Positions 11,700 through 23,340 of a stretch of 64,000 nucleotides of DNA are shown here, one piece after another. Under the pieces are notes generated by a model. The model was not told where the DNA came from, did not search any database, and saw nothing but the letters and a program-made list of their open reading frames with translations. Made by a program: the position numbers and the translations under genes. Source of the stretch: Octopus vulgaris. Its lineage: Eukaryota. The first letter of the stretch is position 1, and each line of letters opens with the position of its first letter. The DNA lies in contig OX597834.1 of the NCBI GenBank assembly GCA_951406725.2, positions 2,232,001 through 2,296,000 of the forward strand, read 5' to 3'.

Positions 11700-12705
11700 A
11701 ATCATCATCATTGTTTAACATCCGCTTTCCGTGCTGGCATGGGTTGGACGGTTTGACTGAGGACTGGTGAACCAGGAAGCTGCACCAGGCTCCAATCTGA
11801 TCTGACTAAGTTTCTGCTACTGGATGCCCTTCCTAGCGCCAAACACTCCGAAAGTGTAGTGGGTGCTTTTATGTGACACTGGCACAGGAGCCAGTCAGGC
11901 GGTTCTGGCAATGACCACACTAAAAAGGTGCTTTTTACGTGCCACTGGCAACAACCATGCTCGAATGTTGTTTTTCACATGCCACTGGCACATGTGCCAG
12001 TAATGCAACAATCACGCTTGAATGGTGCTTTTTACATGCCACCAACATGGGAGCCAATCTCTGGACCTGGCAACAAGTGCCAATCAGGTGGTATTGTCAT
12101 CGACCACGTCAGCAATTTTGATTTTGATTTCACTCAATAGGTCTTCACAAGCAAAGTTTATTGTCCAATGAATGAGGAGTACTCATAAGTGGGCTGGTTA
12201 CACCCTCTGGCATAGGCCACGGGCTATAGTCTAACTTGGCTTGTCGGGTCTTCTCAAGCACAGCATACCTCCAAAGGTCCCGGTCACTTGTCATTGCCTC
12301 AGTAAGGCCCAATGTTCGAAAGTCATGCTTCACTACCTCATCCCAGGTCTTCCTGGGTCTACCTCATCCACAGGTTCCTTCAACTGCTAGGGTGTGACAC
12401 TTTTTCACACAGCTGTCCACATTCATTCGCAGCACATGTCCATACCAGTACAGTCATCTCCGTTGCACACCACATCTGATGGTTCTTAAATCCAACTTTT
12501 CTCCCAGGGTACTTACACACTGTCATGAATGCACACTGACATTACACATCCAGCGGAGCAAACTGGCCTCATTCCTTGCAAGCTTACGCATATCCTCAGC
12601 AGTCACAGCCCATGTTTCACTGCCATATAGCATGGCTGTTCATACACATGTGTCATAGTCTACCTTTTACGTAGGAGCTCTCTGAACTTTGCCCAGGCAA
12701 AGTGG
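11700..12705 (-). mobile_element. RTE-clade LINE 3' fragment with 3'UTR and (GAT)n tail
   Basis: LYGSETWAVT, RPRKTWDEVVKHDFRTLGLTEAMTSDRDLWR. The same UTR recurs at ~18690, 43100, 44668, 45215, 46535 and 54650. Confidence 0.85.
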
Positions 12706-14202
12706 GGAGCTAGTGTTCAGAGATTGTGTATCTCATTTTTCCTGGTCCTTCCCAAATGTCCTCTCGCTGAATGTTAAATATCAAAAGTTTCTTCCAAATC
12801 CCAAAACAAGTTTTTGAGTCAATGGTTTTACATTTTTGAAGAATTTCAGAATGTTTATTCATGATTTTATCACTGAACAATACGATGCATAACATCTCTT
12901 CTTAGCACAGACTGCATCATTACGAGTGTGCCTTGAATGGGTGTGGATCCTGTGCCACTGACCATGTCATTCACACACACACACATGTAGGTAGGGTAAA
13001 AGGTTTATATTTGAGTCTCAGTCTGAAAATTTCTAACATGTTTCTTGTGCAATTATGTAACTCCTATTAGCAAATGAAACACATGTAATGGTGAATGATT
13101 AATACCAAAAGAGTTTTCCAACCTCCTCCTGCACTGATATATATATATATACACATACATATATATACACACACACACATATATATATATACATACCCAT
13201 ATATACACATACATATATATACACACACATATATACACATACATATATACCCCTTCAATAAATATATATATATATACACACACTTATACATATATATATA
13301 TACGCTCACACACATTCATATATGTATGTTTGTGTGTATGTGTGTGAAAACATCAGGGCCAAACTAAAGGATCCCAATATGACCCTCACACCTGTTCGTT
13401 ACAATTGTATCTGTTGTAGTTTAGCTCTATAAAACTAGATAAAACCTGATCCAGCAGAATCATGATCAGACATCTTCCATCCATGACCATCCAGTCTATA
13501 TATTACCGGCTACATGATCCAACGTATCCTTTGGTTATTTAAGACTGTTCAGTGTGATGGCAGGGAGATTTGACTGCTATTTCTAACAGACTATGTAGAG
13601 GTGCCTGCATTGGCTCAAAGAAGATAAAGGCTTGTTAGGTGTTATTTAGGGCCTTTTTTTGTAATTTTAGAGGAGTTGAGTCTGTTGAAAGTATTTGATT
13701 CAAGGGTCCAGTGTGGGTGGATGAATGTCCTTCATCCCACCCACGAGTTATGCAGTCTCTGGAAAGGGTCAAAGTCAGGCTGTTCTTCAGTTCATTAATC
13801 CACGAATCAGACCATTTGTCATCATTTAACTCCCATTTTCCAAACACACACACAAATGGCTTCTTTCAGCTTCTGTCTACCAAATCCAGCCTTGGTCAGC
13901 CTGGGGCTATAAAAGGCAACACTTACCCAAGGTGCCATGCAGCAGGACTGAACCTGACACCATACAGTAAAGCAGCAAGCATCTTAACCACACATTCTTG
14001 CCTTTTAAATTCACAGAATTTAAAATACATTCGAATGTTATAAAAATTAAACTTGTTTTATAGAATAGAAAACCATAAAATATTTGAAAACTAAAAACAA
14101 ATTAAGATGTGAAACAAGGAAGACAAAAGCGTTTTTTATTTCTCTTCATTTTATGACTTTTTAAAATGGTATTTTAGCAATGGCAGCATTCCAAATATAT
14201 AT

Positions 14203-15098
14203 TTCTTTACTACCCACAAGGGGACAAACAAAGACAGACATAGGTATTAAGTCGATTACATCGACCCCAGTGCGTAACTGGTACTTAATTTATCGACCCC
14301 GAAAGGATGAAAGGCAAAGTCGACCTCAGCGGAATTTGAACTCGGAACGTAACGACAGACGAAATACGGCTACGCATTTCACCCGGCGTGCTAACGATTC
14401 TGCCAGCACCTAAGTATATGATGGTTTAAAATTTTGGAACAAGATCAGCCATTTTTGGGTAGGGGCTAAGTTGATTATATCAGCCCCAGTACTCAACTGG
14501 TATTTATTGTATTAACCCTGAAAGGATGGAAGGCAAAGTCGACTTTGGCAGAATTTGAACTTAGCACATAAAGGCAGACGAAATGCCACTAAGCCTTTTT
14601 GTCTGACATGCTAACCATTCTGCCAGGTTGCCGCCTTGAGACATATAGATGTGGTCATCTTGTTAAGGTCCATTTTTCCATGCTTGCATAGGTCAGATGG
14701 AGTTTGCTGAGGTAGATTTTCTACAAATGGATGCCCCTCCTGTCACCAACTTTCACCTGTTTCCAAGAAAGGTAAGATTTTCCCCACGGCTGGACAGGTT
14801 TCCACAGAAGATTGGAAATGAAGGAACCACTCAGAGCAATGCTTTCATAGTCATTATAAACAATTTCACTAATAATAATAATAGTCCTTTCTAGTAAAAG
14901 GACAAAGCCTGAAATTTGAGGGGAGGGGACTAGTCGATTATATTGACCCCAGTACGCAACTGGTACTTAATTTATTGACCCCGAAAGGATGACAGGCAAA
15001 GTCGATCGCAGCAGAGATTGAATTCAGAACATAGCAATGGGTCAAATACCACTAAGCATTTCATCCAGCATGCTAACGATTCTGAAAGCTCACTGCCT

Positions 15099-15137
<39 letters not shown>

Positions 15138-15504
15138 TCTTTTATTGGCCACAAGGGCTGACAAAAATTAATTATAAAACATAAAGGGACAAAACAGGAC
15201 GAAAGGTTACAAAGGGTTTTGTCCGTTTGTAAAAAACCGTGTAAAAACAGTGTAACAACGAAAAACTCCCAAATAATAATAATAATGGTTTCAAATTTTG
15301 TCACAAGGGCAGCAATTTTGGGGGCAGGAATGAGCCGATTACATCGACCCCGGTGTTCAACTGGTACTTATTTTATCAAGACCTGTAAAGATGAAACACA
15401 AAGTCAACCTCGGTGGAATTTGAACTCAGAACATAGCGATGGGTGAAATACCGCTAAGCATTGTGTCCAGTGTGCTAATGGTTCTGCCAGCTCACCACCT
15501 TAAC

Positions 15505-15536
<32 letters not shown>

Positions 15537-16070
15537 CTGAGAAGTGTCTGTAGTCCCCACTCAGCAATAAAAACAAGAACACACACTGCCGCACCCAGCT
15601 CAGCAACACAGAAGCAAGTGAAGAGAGAGAAGAGGAAAGTGAAGAAGTCTTTTAAGTGGAAAGCATTGATAGAGCTTTGAAAGTGAGTGTTACCTATTGT
15701 GATCGGTGCACCTGGGACCATCTCAAAGGCAGCAATATTCAGGCATAAAAACTGCAAACAGTAAACTTTGTAGCAAGTGCACAGGTGGCAGTATTACTTG
15801 GAACAGCTTGTGTTGAGGAAAATGTTGTGGGAAGGAACTGGGATGGGAGATTGATAACCCAGAAGAAAGGAAACCACAATAATCCTTTCCACTCTGGGTA
15901 CAAGGCCTGAAGTTTGAAGGGAGGGAGATAAATCAATTAGATCAACCCCACATTGACCCAAAAAGATGAAAGGCAAAGTCGACCTCAGCAGAATTTGAAC
16001 TCTGAATGTAAAGACCAAATACAACAAAGCAATTTCCCTGGCATGCTAACGATTCCCTCAGCTCACCACC
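14203..16070 (-). mobile_element. Cluster of five family-A SINEs (~14203-14409, 14422-14637, 14885-15097, 15287-15499, 15882-16070)
   Basis: Repeated GAAAGGCAAAGTCGACCTC.GC.GAATTTGAACTC core, all in the same orientation. Confidence 0.85.
15520..15800 (+). mobile_element. Decayed R4/Dong-like LINE 3' fragment
   Basis: Starts in (TAA)n; VLPIVIGAPGTISK resembles the VPIIVGTLGTVSK of 35370-35606. Confidence 0.45.
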
Positions 16071-16565
16071 ATTGATAGCAATAATGTAAAGGAAAGGATG
16101 AAATGGCTAACAAAAGAAGTGACCTTGACATTCAGGCCAATTGACCAGAAATGACCTTCAACAGAACCAACCAACTGTTCAGTTAATTTGGTCAGCAATG
16201 TCCTCTGACAAGATGTTTAAGTCATTTATCTTATAATAACCTTTGTCCTTATGTCCAGTCTGTTGGTCATCAATGACCTGACCTTTGGGTCATTGGATCT
16301 GTCATGACCTGTGATCCACCACACCCCCTTTTTTTTTAACAATCTTAGAGGAAGAACATTAACACACCTGTATTGATGGAAGAGGAACACATTCTGAAGA
16401 CCAGCATCATTTCCCCACCCCCAGCCAGTACATCATCATCATCATCATCATCATTAGTAATACATCAATGTATTAATTGTTTATATTGTTTGTTTTGGTT
16501 GATTAGTTACAGGTTCAAGGTAAGAAATTTTACCAAAAGTCTGATTTGGGCCAACAGCAAAATGG

Positions 16566-16760
16566 TTAGGAATCTTCAGGAACGCCAGGTGCAAACGCAG
16601 TGCGCCACACTCTCAGGAGAATGGTGTGATTGTCGCTTTGGGTTTTATGTTCTGATATCTTCAATACTTTGACTCTTTTCACTTTGATATCAGCATCGTC
16701 ACCAACGCCATCGCTGGAAATGTCTGCAGTAATTAAATCAGCAAAGTCGCCTTCCTTCAT
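16566..16760 (-). CDS. MTRES1: MTRES1-like terminal exon 4
   Basis: TGCAG acceptor. MKEGDFADLI...VKRVKVLKISEHKTQSDNHTILLRVWR...EDS* parallels MTRES1 VKVGDTLDL...KTESEKYRVVLRRW. Phase 0, TAA stop. Confidence 0.88.
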   Translation of the reverse strand: MKEGDFADLITADISSDGVGDDADIKVKRVKVLKISEHKTQSDNHTILLRVWRTAFAPGVPEDS

Positions 16761-19129
16761 CTGCATAACACAGGAAAATAAAAAATAGTTTTTAAATATT
16801 TAAAAATAAAATGAAACAAGAACATTAACAGGAAAAAGAATTACAAACTATTTCGTTTTTGTATGAGTTGTGAGCACAAATGGTGATAAAAGAAGTGAAA
16901 TGTAGCCAGTGCATGTGTTTATATTGGCATTACAACCCCCTCTGGATACAACAAAATGAAAAATTATTAATTTTTATGTTTAAGTAAACAGAATGTTGAG
17001 GACCTTTTCTTTGTCCTTCGGGTGATCCCACTTTGTCCACGGTCCACATGTTTTACTCACATGATTGTGATGTTGCTTCAATTAATGGATTGCTCCATTT
17101 CATATTGGAGGTGACCCAAGGTGGAAGGAGAGAGAGGTGAGAATATGATGTGAGAGAAAAGTGAACAGGTGACAGTGTGGAAGGCGGGGGGGGGAATGGG
17201 AGAGAGATATTGCTGGGAGTGAGGAAGAGGGACAATAATAAGATGGGGGCGGAATGGGATGTGGAATGAGTGACAGTGATTGCAGAGGGTAGTGGGGAAA
17301 GGGGAGGGAGAGAGAAACGGAGAGCCTCAGTGGTAAGAGAGAGTGATGGCTGGAGAGGAGAGGGAGTGGTGGCAGAGTAATGTCAACAAAAAGGTAAGCT
17401 GAGGGAAGGGAAGAGGTGGTGAGAAGATGGGAGGGGCCAGACACTAGAGGCACCTACATGTTTGTTTAGAGGAGAGAGAGTGAGTGGGGTGGGGTGGGGG
17501 TGCAGTGTATTAGGTTCCCTCATGCAAATCTGTTATCCAGACATAATGAAGGAAGAGAGAGACAGCAACACATTGACTGGAGAGAGAGAGAGAGAGAGAA
17601 AGAGCATGTAATGGATGTCAATAAAGAGAGAGCAGGGGCAAGATGCAGGGTGGTGGTTGGCAGCAGAGAAGGGTGTGGTGTCAGCTGATTAGATAATGAT
17701 GGATTACAAAATCCAAGATGGCCTTCATTTTTTTCTTTTCTTAAAGAATTTAATTTGAAGGAGACTTGGCTGCTATTTCTAACATTTTGATTAGTTCAGA
17801 GGTTGGAGTTATTGGATCAAAACCACAGAACACACTTCTGTTTTGAACAGTCTGCTCTCAATGGCTCTGGGATCGTGCCCAGTGTACAGCACCATGCATG
17901 GGTCTTCTTCCATAGCCTTGGGTTGGCCTTGTCAGCAGAGTTGGGTAGAAGGACACTGTGAGGAAGCCTTTCATATATGTATGGCCATGTGGTGAAGGAG
18001 TCCACTTCACAACCATGTGGTTCTGGGTTCAATCCTGCTGCATGGACGGTCAGCTAGGGTCCTCTGCTATAGTTGCAGGTTCACCAATGCCTTGTGAGTG
18101 AAATTTGAGAGAAGGAAACTGGAAGAGGAAGTGAACTCTCACCCTCGATATATTTTAACATCTGTCCCACCCATGTCAGCATTGACACAATCCAATGAGT
18201 CTGATGGCCACATTGGGCTCCAATGTGTCTGCTTTGACATGGTTTCTATAGCTTGATGCCCTTCCTAACACCAACCACTTCACAGTGTGTGCCGAGAACT
18301 GTTTTCATTGCACCAGCACCAGTCATGTTGCCATGTTGCCTGCAAGACTCGGGTCTCCTTTGACTGAGCAAGACTACAATAGAGAGGGAGGTGGCATTAT
18401 GCTGGGAGCCTGTTGTATATAGGAATGCTTGTGCATTTACAGTGTTATATTTACATACTAACTGTAAACAAAAGCCACCATCAAACAAAAACGGTGATGG
18501 TTGTTTACAATCCGTTTGTAAAAGCATGGCTGGCCAAAACTGTTGGAAGGAAAAAAAGGAAACATTTCCCTACTTCAAAGCAGGTGATGGCTACTGATAG
18601 GAAGGATGCTCAGCTGCAGAAAAACCTGCATCAACAACACCCATGAAAGTATGAAAAAGTGAATATTAAAGACTCTGTAAGATGGTTGGTGTTAGGACGG
18701 GCATCCAGCTGGAAAAACCATGTGAAAATGGACAGTGAAACCTGGTGCTGTCTTCTGCCCAATCAGCACCTGTCAAACCATCCAACCCATGCCAGCATGG
18801 AAAGCAGATGAATGATGATGATGTTTGTGTATCGGAGTAAATTAGCGAGTCAAAAAGAAAAAGACAAAAAAACCTTGTGGCAGTATTGGGTTACCTATCT
18901 TTACACCAAGGTTGACTTAGCCATCTAATAAGTACCAGATTAAGTTGTAAGACAGATGGAAGCAACTAAAACCATTAAAGGCGGTGCCCCAGCATGGTCG
19001 CAGTCCCAAGACTGAAAACCAGTAACAAAATTAACACAACAACCCAACTCTGCTGCCATCTTTCACCCTGTTTCTCTCAAACCATCAATTTTATTTCTAC
19101 CCAGCAGTCTCTCACTCACTTCTGTTACT

Positions 19130-19410
19130 ATCTTCAGTACCCAGGTAGAACGTAGCTCAGTACTGACGAGGACAGTGGAGGACCAAGTTAAAATGTAAAG
19201 TACCCTGATAGATGGTACAGTACTCAGGTATATAGCCAACAATGTACCCAACAATATACCATAGCACCCCGATAGACAATACAGCACCCAGGTAGGCAGT
19301 CATGATGCATGCACAACAGTATTCAGATAGAAGGGTACCAAGAGGAAGAGTACAGTTCTCAAACAGAGTGTATAGTACCCTGAGAGACAATACAGTACCC
19401 AGGTAGACAA
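19130..19410. repeat. Degenerate minisatellite in MTRES1 intron 3
   Basis: Recurrent TACAGTACCCAGGTAGA-like units. Confidence 0.65.
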
Positions 19411-19431
19411 GAGATAAAGATCTATACTTAC

Positions 19432-19504
19432 AACTTTACCCTTCTTCAGCAGTTTTTCATTGTTCAGTCTTAATTTACTACTGTAGAAATATTGGTCAAT
19501 TTGG
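19432..19504 (-). CDS. MTRES1: MTRES1-like exon 3
   Basis: CATTTCAG acceptor and GTAAGT donor. (N)QIDQYFYSSKLRLNNEKLLKKGKV matches the MTRES1 FY...LRLNEEKL.KK motif. 73 nt, phase 2->0. Confidence 0.9.
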
Positions 19505-20300
19505 CTGAAATGGACAAAATTCAAGACTGTAGCAGCAGGTGGACACTAGAATTATGGAACACAGTTTATCATTACAAAAATACTACTACCACAACACAAC
19601 CATTACAGCATGACCACCACACCTACCATCATTTCAGAACCCCTACAGTACTATGACCACCACAATGCCACTAAGTACCACCATCCAACTATTACTATGG
19701 CAATACCATCACCTTCACCACCAGGGTGCTACCACCAATACAGGACTGTCACCACGCCAACCTCACCCAAATTATTTCCTACTATTTTAAAAGGAAGGAA
19801 ACATTAGATAATGTAGTCCGAGGTACACTTTGCAGGAATAAGAGACAGGATAACAGCTGGGATACTTTTGCTCATAGGCTTGCTGGATCAGGACCGACTT
19901 AAACAACAACAAACCAACACCTACCATTCTAGTACAAGTATGGCTGTGCGGTGAAGAAGTTCACTTTGTATCTATGTGGTTTTGGGGTTCAAAGCCACTG
20001 CTTGTTATCTGTCTTGGGAAAAAGTCTTTTCCCTCCTTGGGTTGGTGAATGACTTTGGATGGTGGACTTAACTGACCAGTTTAACCCCACCACCTGGTCC
20101 ACCTTGGGTTGGGTGGGACCTTTAACCAGGGTCCATTCATTTGTAAGCATTCAGATCAGGTCCCTGATCTGCGGATAGCTTCTCACCCACCCCACCACTC
20201 TCAGAGACCCTGTAAAGGGTCAAGACCCTCTCCTTGACCAAACCACACAAACAGATTTCAATGAGAGGATAACAAAAGAATTGTGAAAAGTTGGTCTTAC

Positions 20301-20455
20301 TTTCGAGATATGTTTAGTCCAGAACTGAGCATGTGGTCAGTTCTTGCAGACTTGGCATGAACCTGTAGTTGTTTGTAATTCAATGGTAAAGAATAATCTT
20401 CTTCTTCGTACTCTTCTTCCTCCTCTTCCTCTTCTTCATCATCAGAATGTTCTTG
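20301..20455 (-). CDS. MTRES1: MTRES1-like exon 2 (acidic tract and start of S4-like domain)
   Basis: TTTTCAG acceptor and GTAAGA donor. Encodes QEHSDDEEEE...NYKQLQVHAKSARTDHMLSSGLNISR, resembling the vertebrate MTRES1 YKDL..AVQSFRYDVVLKTGLDIGR segment. 155 nt, ends phase 2. Confidence 0.88.
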
Positions 20456-20504
20456 CTGAAAATGGATTCATAAGTGTTAAGATTCAAAAATAGGAAGATT
20501 ATTA

Positions 20505-20537
<33 letters not shown>

Positions 20538-21350
20538 TGTATGTGTACAAATACATGCACAAAATAACAGTAAACATTTCATACACACAATTTTTTTTTT
20601 ACTTTGGCCAAGTCAATCTCTTGCTTCTCTGACCTTCACCTGTAGATGAACAGGGTCTTCCAGGTAAGTTATCACTCAACTGTAACTTGCCTGAAGATTT
20701 TGTGCAGTCACAGGAAAATCCCAGAGTAGTAAGAGACTGACTTGACCCAAATGAAACATCATTAATCTCTACTCAGCTGTCAAGTACTCTTTCCTCTGAC
20801 TGCAACACTAAACGTGTGTGTGTGTATTTCCTTAGGTATAAGTGGTACTAATAGCATGGTGTCAGAACTCAATATGCTTCAGAGAAAAGTGTTAGTCAAG
20901 TTGTTAGAGTATAACTAGAGGTTATATAAACGACAAGGGAACACGAAATTATGTAATGAACTTCCCTATGAGTGCACTGCAGCTTACAGCAGAAACAACT
21001 GCAAGCTAATGAAATGCATCACATAAGTTCTTGTTCCTTTGTCCTTTATATATATACATACATACATACATACACACACACACATTATTTATGGTCAGCT
21101 TCCATATAGTTTTCATCCATCAAACCCACTTAATAAGGATGCTATAGTAGAAAACATTTATCCAAAGTGCCATGCAATGAGGACTGAACCTGAAACCATG
21201 TGGTTGTGAAACAGAATTTCAACCAAACTACCATAAAATATCATAGGGTTGAGAGAAGCACCCTTTAGTCTTACTAAAGACTTGATAGCCTCGCAAAGTG
21301 TTGGTGCTATGGTAGAATTCACCCAGTACTTTGTGTGGATGATGTTAGAA

Positions 21351-21665
21351 CAGGGGTCAGCAAACCAGGGTAAATTACCCCCAAATGGGGCAAAAATGAA
21401 ATTCTTGGGGATAATGAGGACTCATTAGACAAAAGATTATATAAAAAAAAACCCTGTTCCTTGTTACAACAGAAATGTTTCTTCTGGCAACATTGCATCT
21501 GTCCAATGTGATGGACATGTTTGGGAGACATCATGTGAAATGGATCCAATAAACTTTTTGAATTTAAAGAATCTATGATTTCCTTCCTTTCAAATCAAGG
21601 GGGGTAACGTCAGGGTAAATGAATATATTTTGGGGTAATTGCTTAAAAAGATTCCTCGTCCCTTG
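21351..21665. mobile_element. Possible hAT-type MITE
   Basis: CAGGGG start, CCCTTG end and internal TTACCCC/GGGGTAA inverted motifs. Confidence 0.4.
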
Positions 21666-21975
21666 TGTTAGAAAGAAACCAGGGCAAATGGGGAACGTAC
21701 AAACAAAACGTGGTCCTCCAACCACTTTAGGATCAGTGGTGTGCGCCTCCTCTACAAGCTTATACAGAGAACCCCAAAAATGTCACCAGGGGAGAACGCT
21801 CTCAGCTCACTTACCCAGGAGGGCAATAAAAGAAAATGAGAACCGATGCAACTTGTGACAGTATGTCCAACTCATACCAGCAACGATAGTGGACATGAAA
21901 TAACGTGAAGTATGTATGTGTAGAGAGAGACTCACACACCCAAAGTCATTTTATGTTCGTTGTCCTTGCCGACAC

Positions 21976-22028
<53 letters not shown>

Positions 22029-22034
<6 letters not shown>

Positions 22035-22453
22035 GGCCCAGGAGTAACCGAATCCTATTGAATTTATTAAATATTGCTCGATGAACATTTCCGAGCATAA
22101 GGACGGGGCCACCGCAGGCCCGTGGAATGGCCCGCAAGGACCCCAGACCTCAATACTCCGAACTTCTTTCTCTGCAGAGAACTCAAAAACCAAGTGTTTG
22201 GCGCTAAACCAAAAACACTGAATGGTCTGAAAGAGAGCATCATAAATGCATGGCAAGGTATTAGGCCGGAGTTGTGCAAAAAAGCAACAGATTCGACCGT
22301 TGAACGATGTCGTATCTGTATTGCAAATAATGATTTACATTTTCAACATCCGTTGTAACCTTGTGGAAAAAAAACAACAAAAAAAACATTTCTGTTCCAT
22401 TTATTTGTAACCTTTAACAATAATTAGGGTTCGGTTACTTCTGAGCCACCCTG
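22029..22453 (+). mobile_element. Internally deleted Tc1/mariner-superfamily element in MTRES1 intron 1
   Basis: TIRs AGGGTGGCCCAGGAGTAACCGAA / TTCGGTTACTTCTGAGCCACCCTG; transposase C-terminal remnant WPARTPDLNTPNFFL..LKNQVF...HFQHPL. Confidence 0.88.
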
Positions 22454-22886
22454 TGTGTACGAAGAGGGTGAGATCGCGCACACCTGTATGGTCAAGATAT
22501 ATAATGTATGTCTATCCCATGTTGTGGGCCCCAATTTTAAGACTCGAGGCAAGTCATAGGCAAAGTAAGATGATGTTATCTGAATACCCTGGCAGAGGCT
22601 GCAGTTTAGATGCACACTCACACATGTGTGCGCGGATTAAATTAAGGTTATTATTCTAAAGCAGGTTTAAGAATAACAACGGAATATTTACTTAAAACTG
22701 AGAATAAATTTATTGTAAATTTCGAGTCGGTGGGGATTTGACAACACACACGTCCGTTTTCCATCCTACACATATCTGTGTCCAACAAATATACAGTTGT
22801 GTAGATTACGTATGGATGAGTTTATATACACAAATATACACGCACGAGTGTGTCAGATGTAAACAATATGAAAAGTGTGACCTTAC

Positions 22887-23240
22887 CGTTTCCTTCCTTC
22901 GACCTCTCTTCAATTTCCTCTTATGTCGTCGTTGAATAACAACCAGGCTGTTCAAGTCCCGGAGCAGGACACCCGAAGCCACAGGCCTAAACCAACACCC
23001 CGAGGGTTGATTTGGGCCATTGTAAAACGTACGAAGTGGGTTCAATTCGCGGGTGGGTAGAGCGCCGCCGGCAACAGGGTTGTGCGAGTGTTGTCTGGTC
23101 GTGGTCAGCGGCAAGACTGGACGAAATGATGACGTCGACGCTGTCCTCTGGCACCGGACCTCAGTTAACGGTGTCTGGAGGCCGAGTCGGGGGACAAAGT
23201 CCCTTTTAAGAAGACGGACCGAGCGGACAACGTGCGTCAT
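22887..23240 (-). CDS. MTRES1: MTRES1-like (C6orf203) coding exon 1, mitochondrial-presequence-like N-terminus
   Basis: ATG at 23240 opens MTHVVRSVRLLKRDF...RRHKRKLKRGRRKET (Arg-rich, acid-poor). GTAAGG donor at 22886; 354 nt, phase 0; locally CpG-rich. Confidence 0.85.
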
Positions 23241-23340
23241 GTTGGACGCGATTTAGGATTGACGGTGTCAGGTGAAGTTATGTCCCTTATATGGAATGGA
23301 AATGCGTTACTTTGTAATACGGTGTTGCCTGAAGGTACGT
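23240..23340 (-). promoter_or_regulatory. Probable MTRES1 5'UTR/promoter region (CpG-enriched)
   Basis: CpG density at 22880-23340 is visibly above the CpG-poor surroundings and lies directly upstream of the start codon. TSS not determined. Confidence 0.4.
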
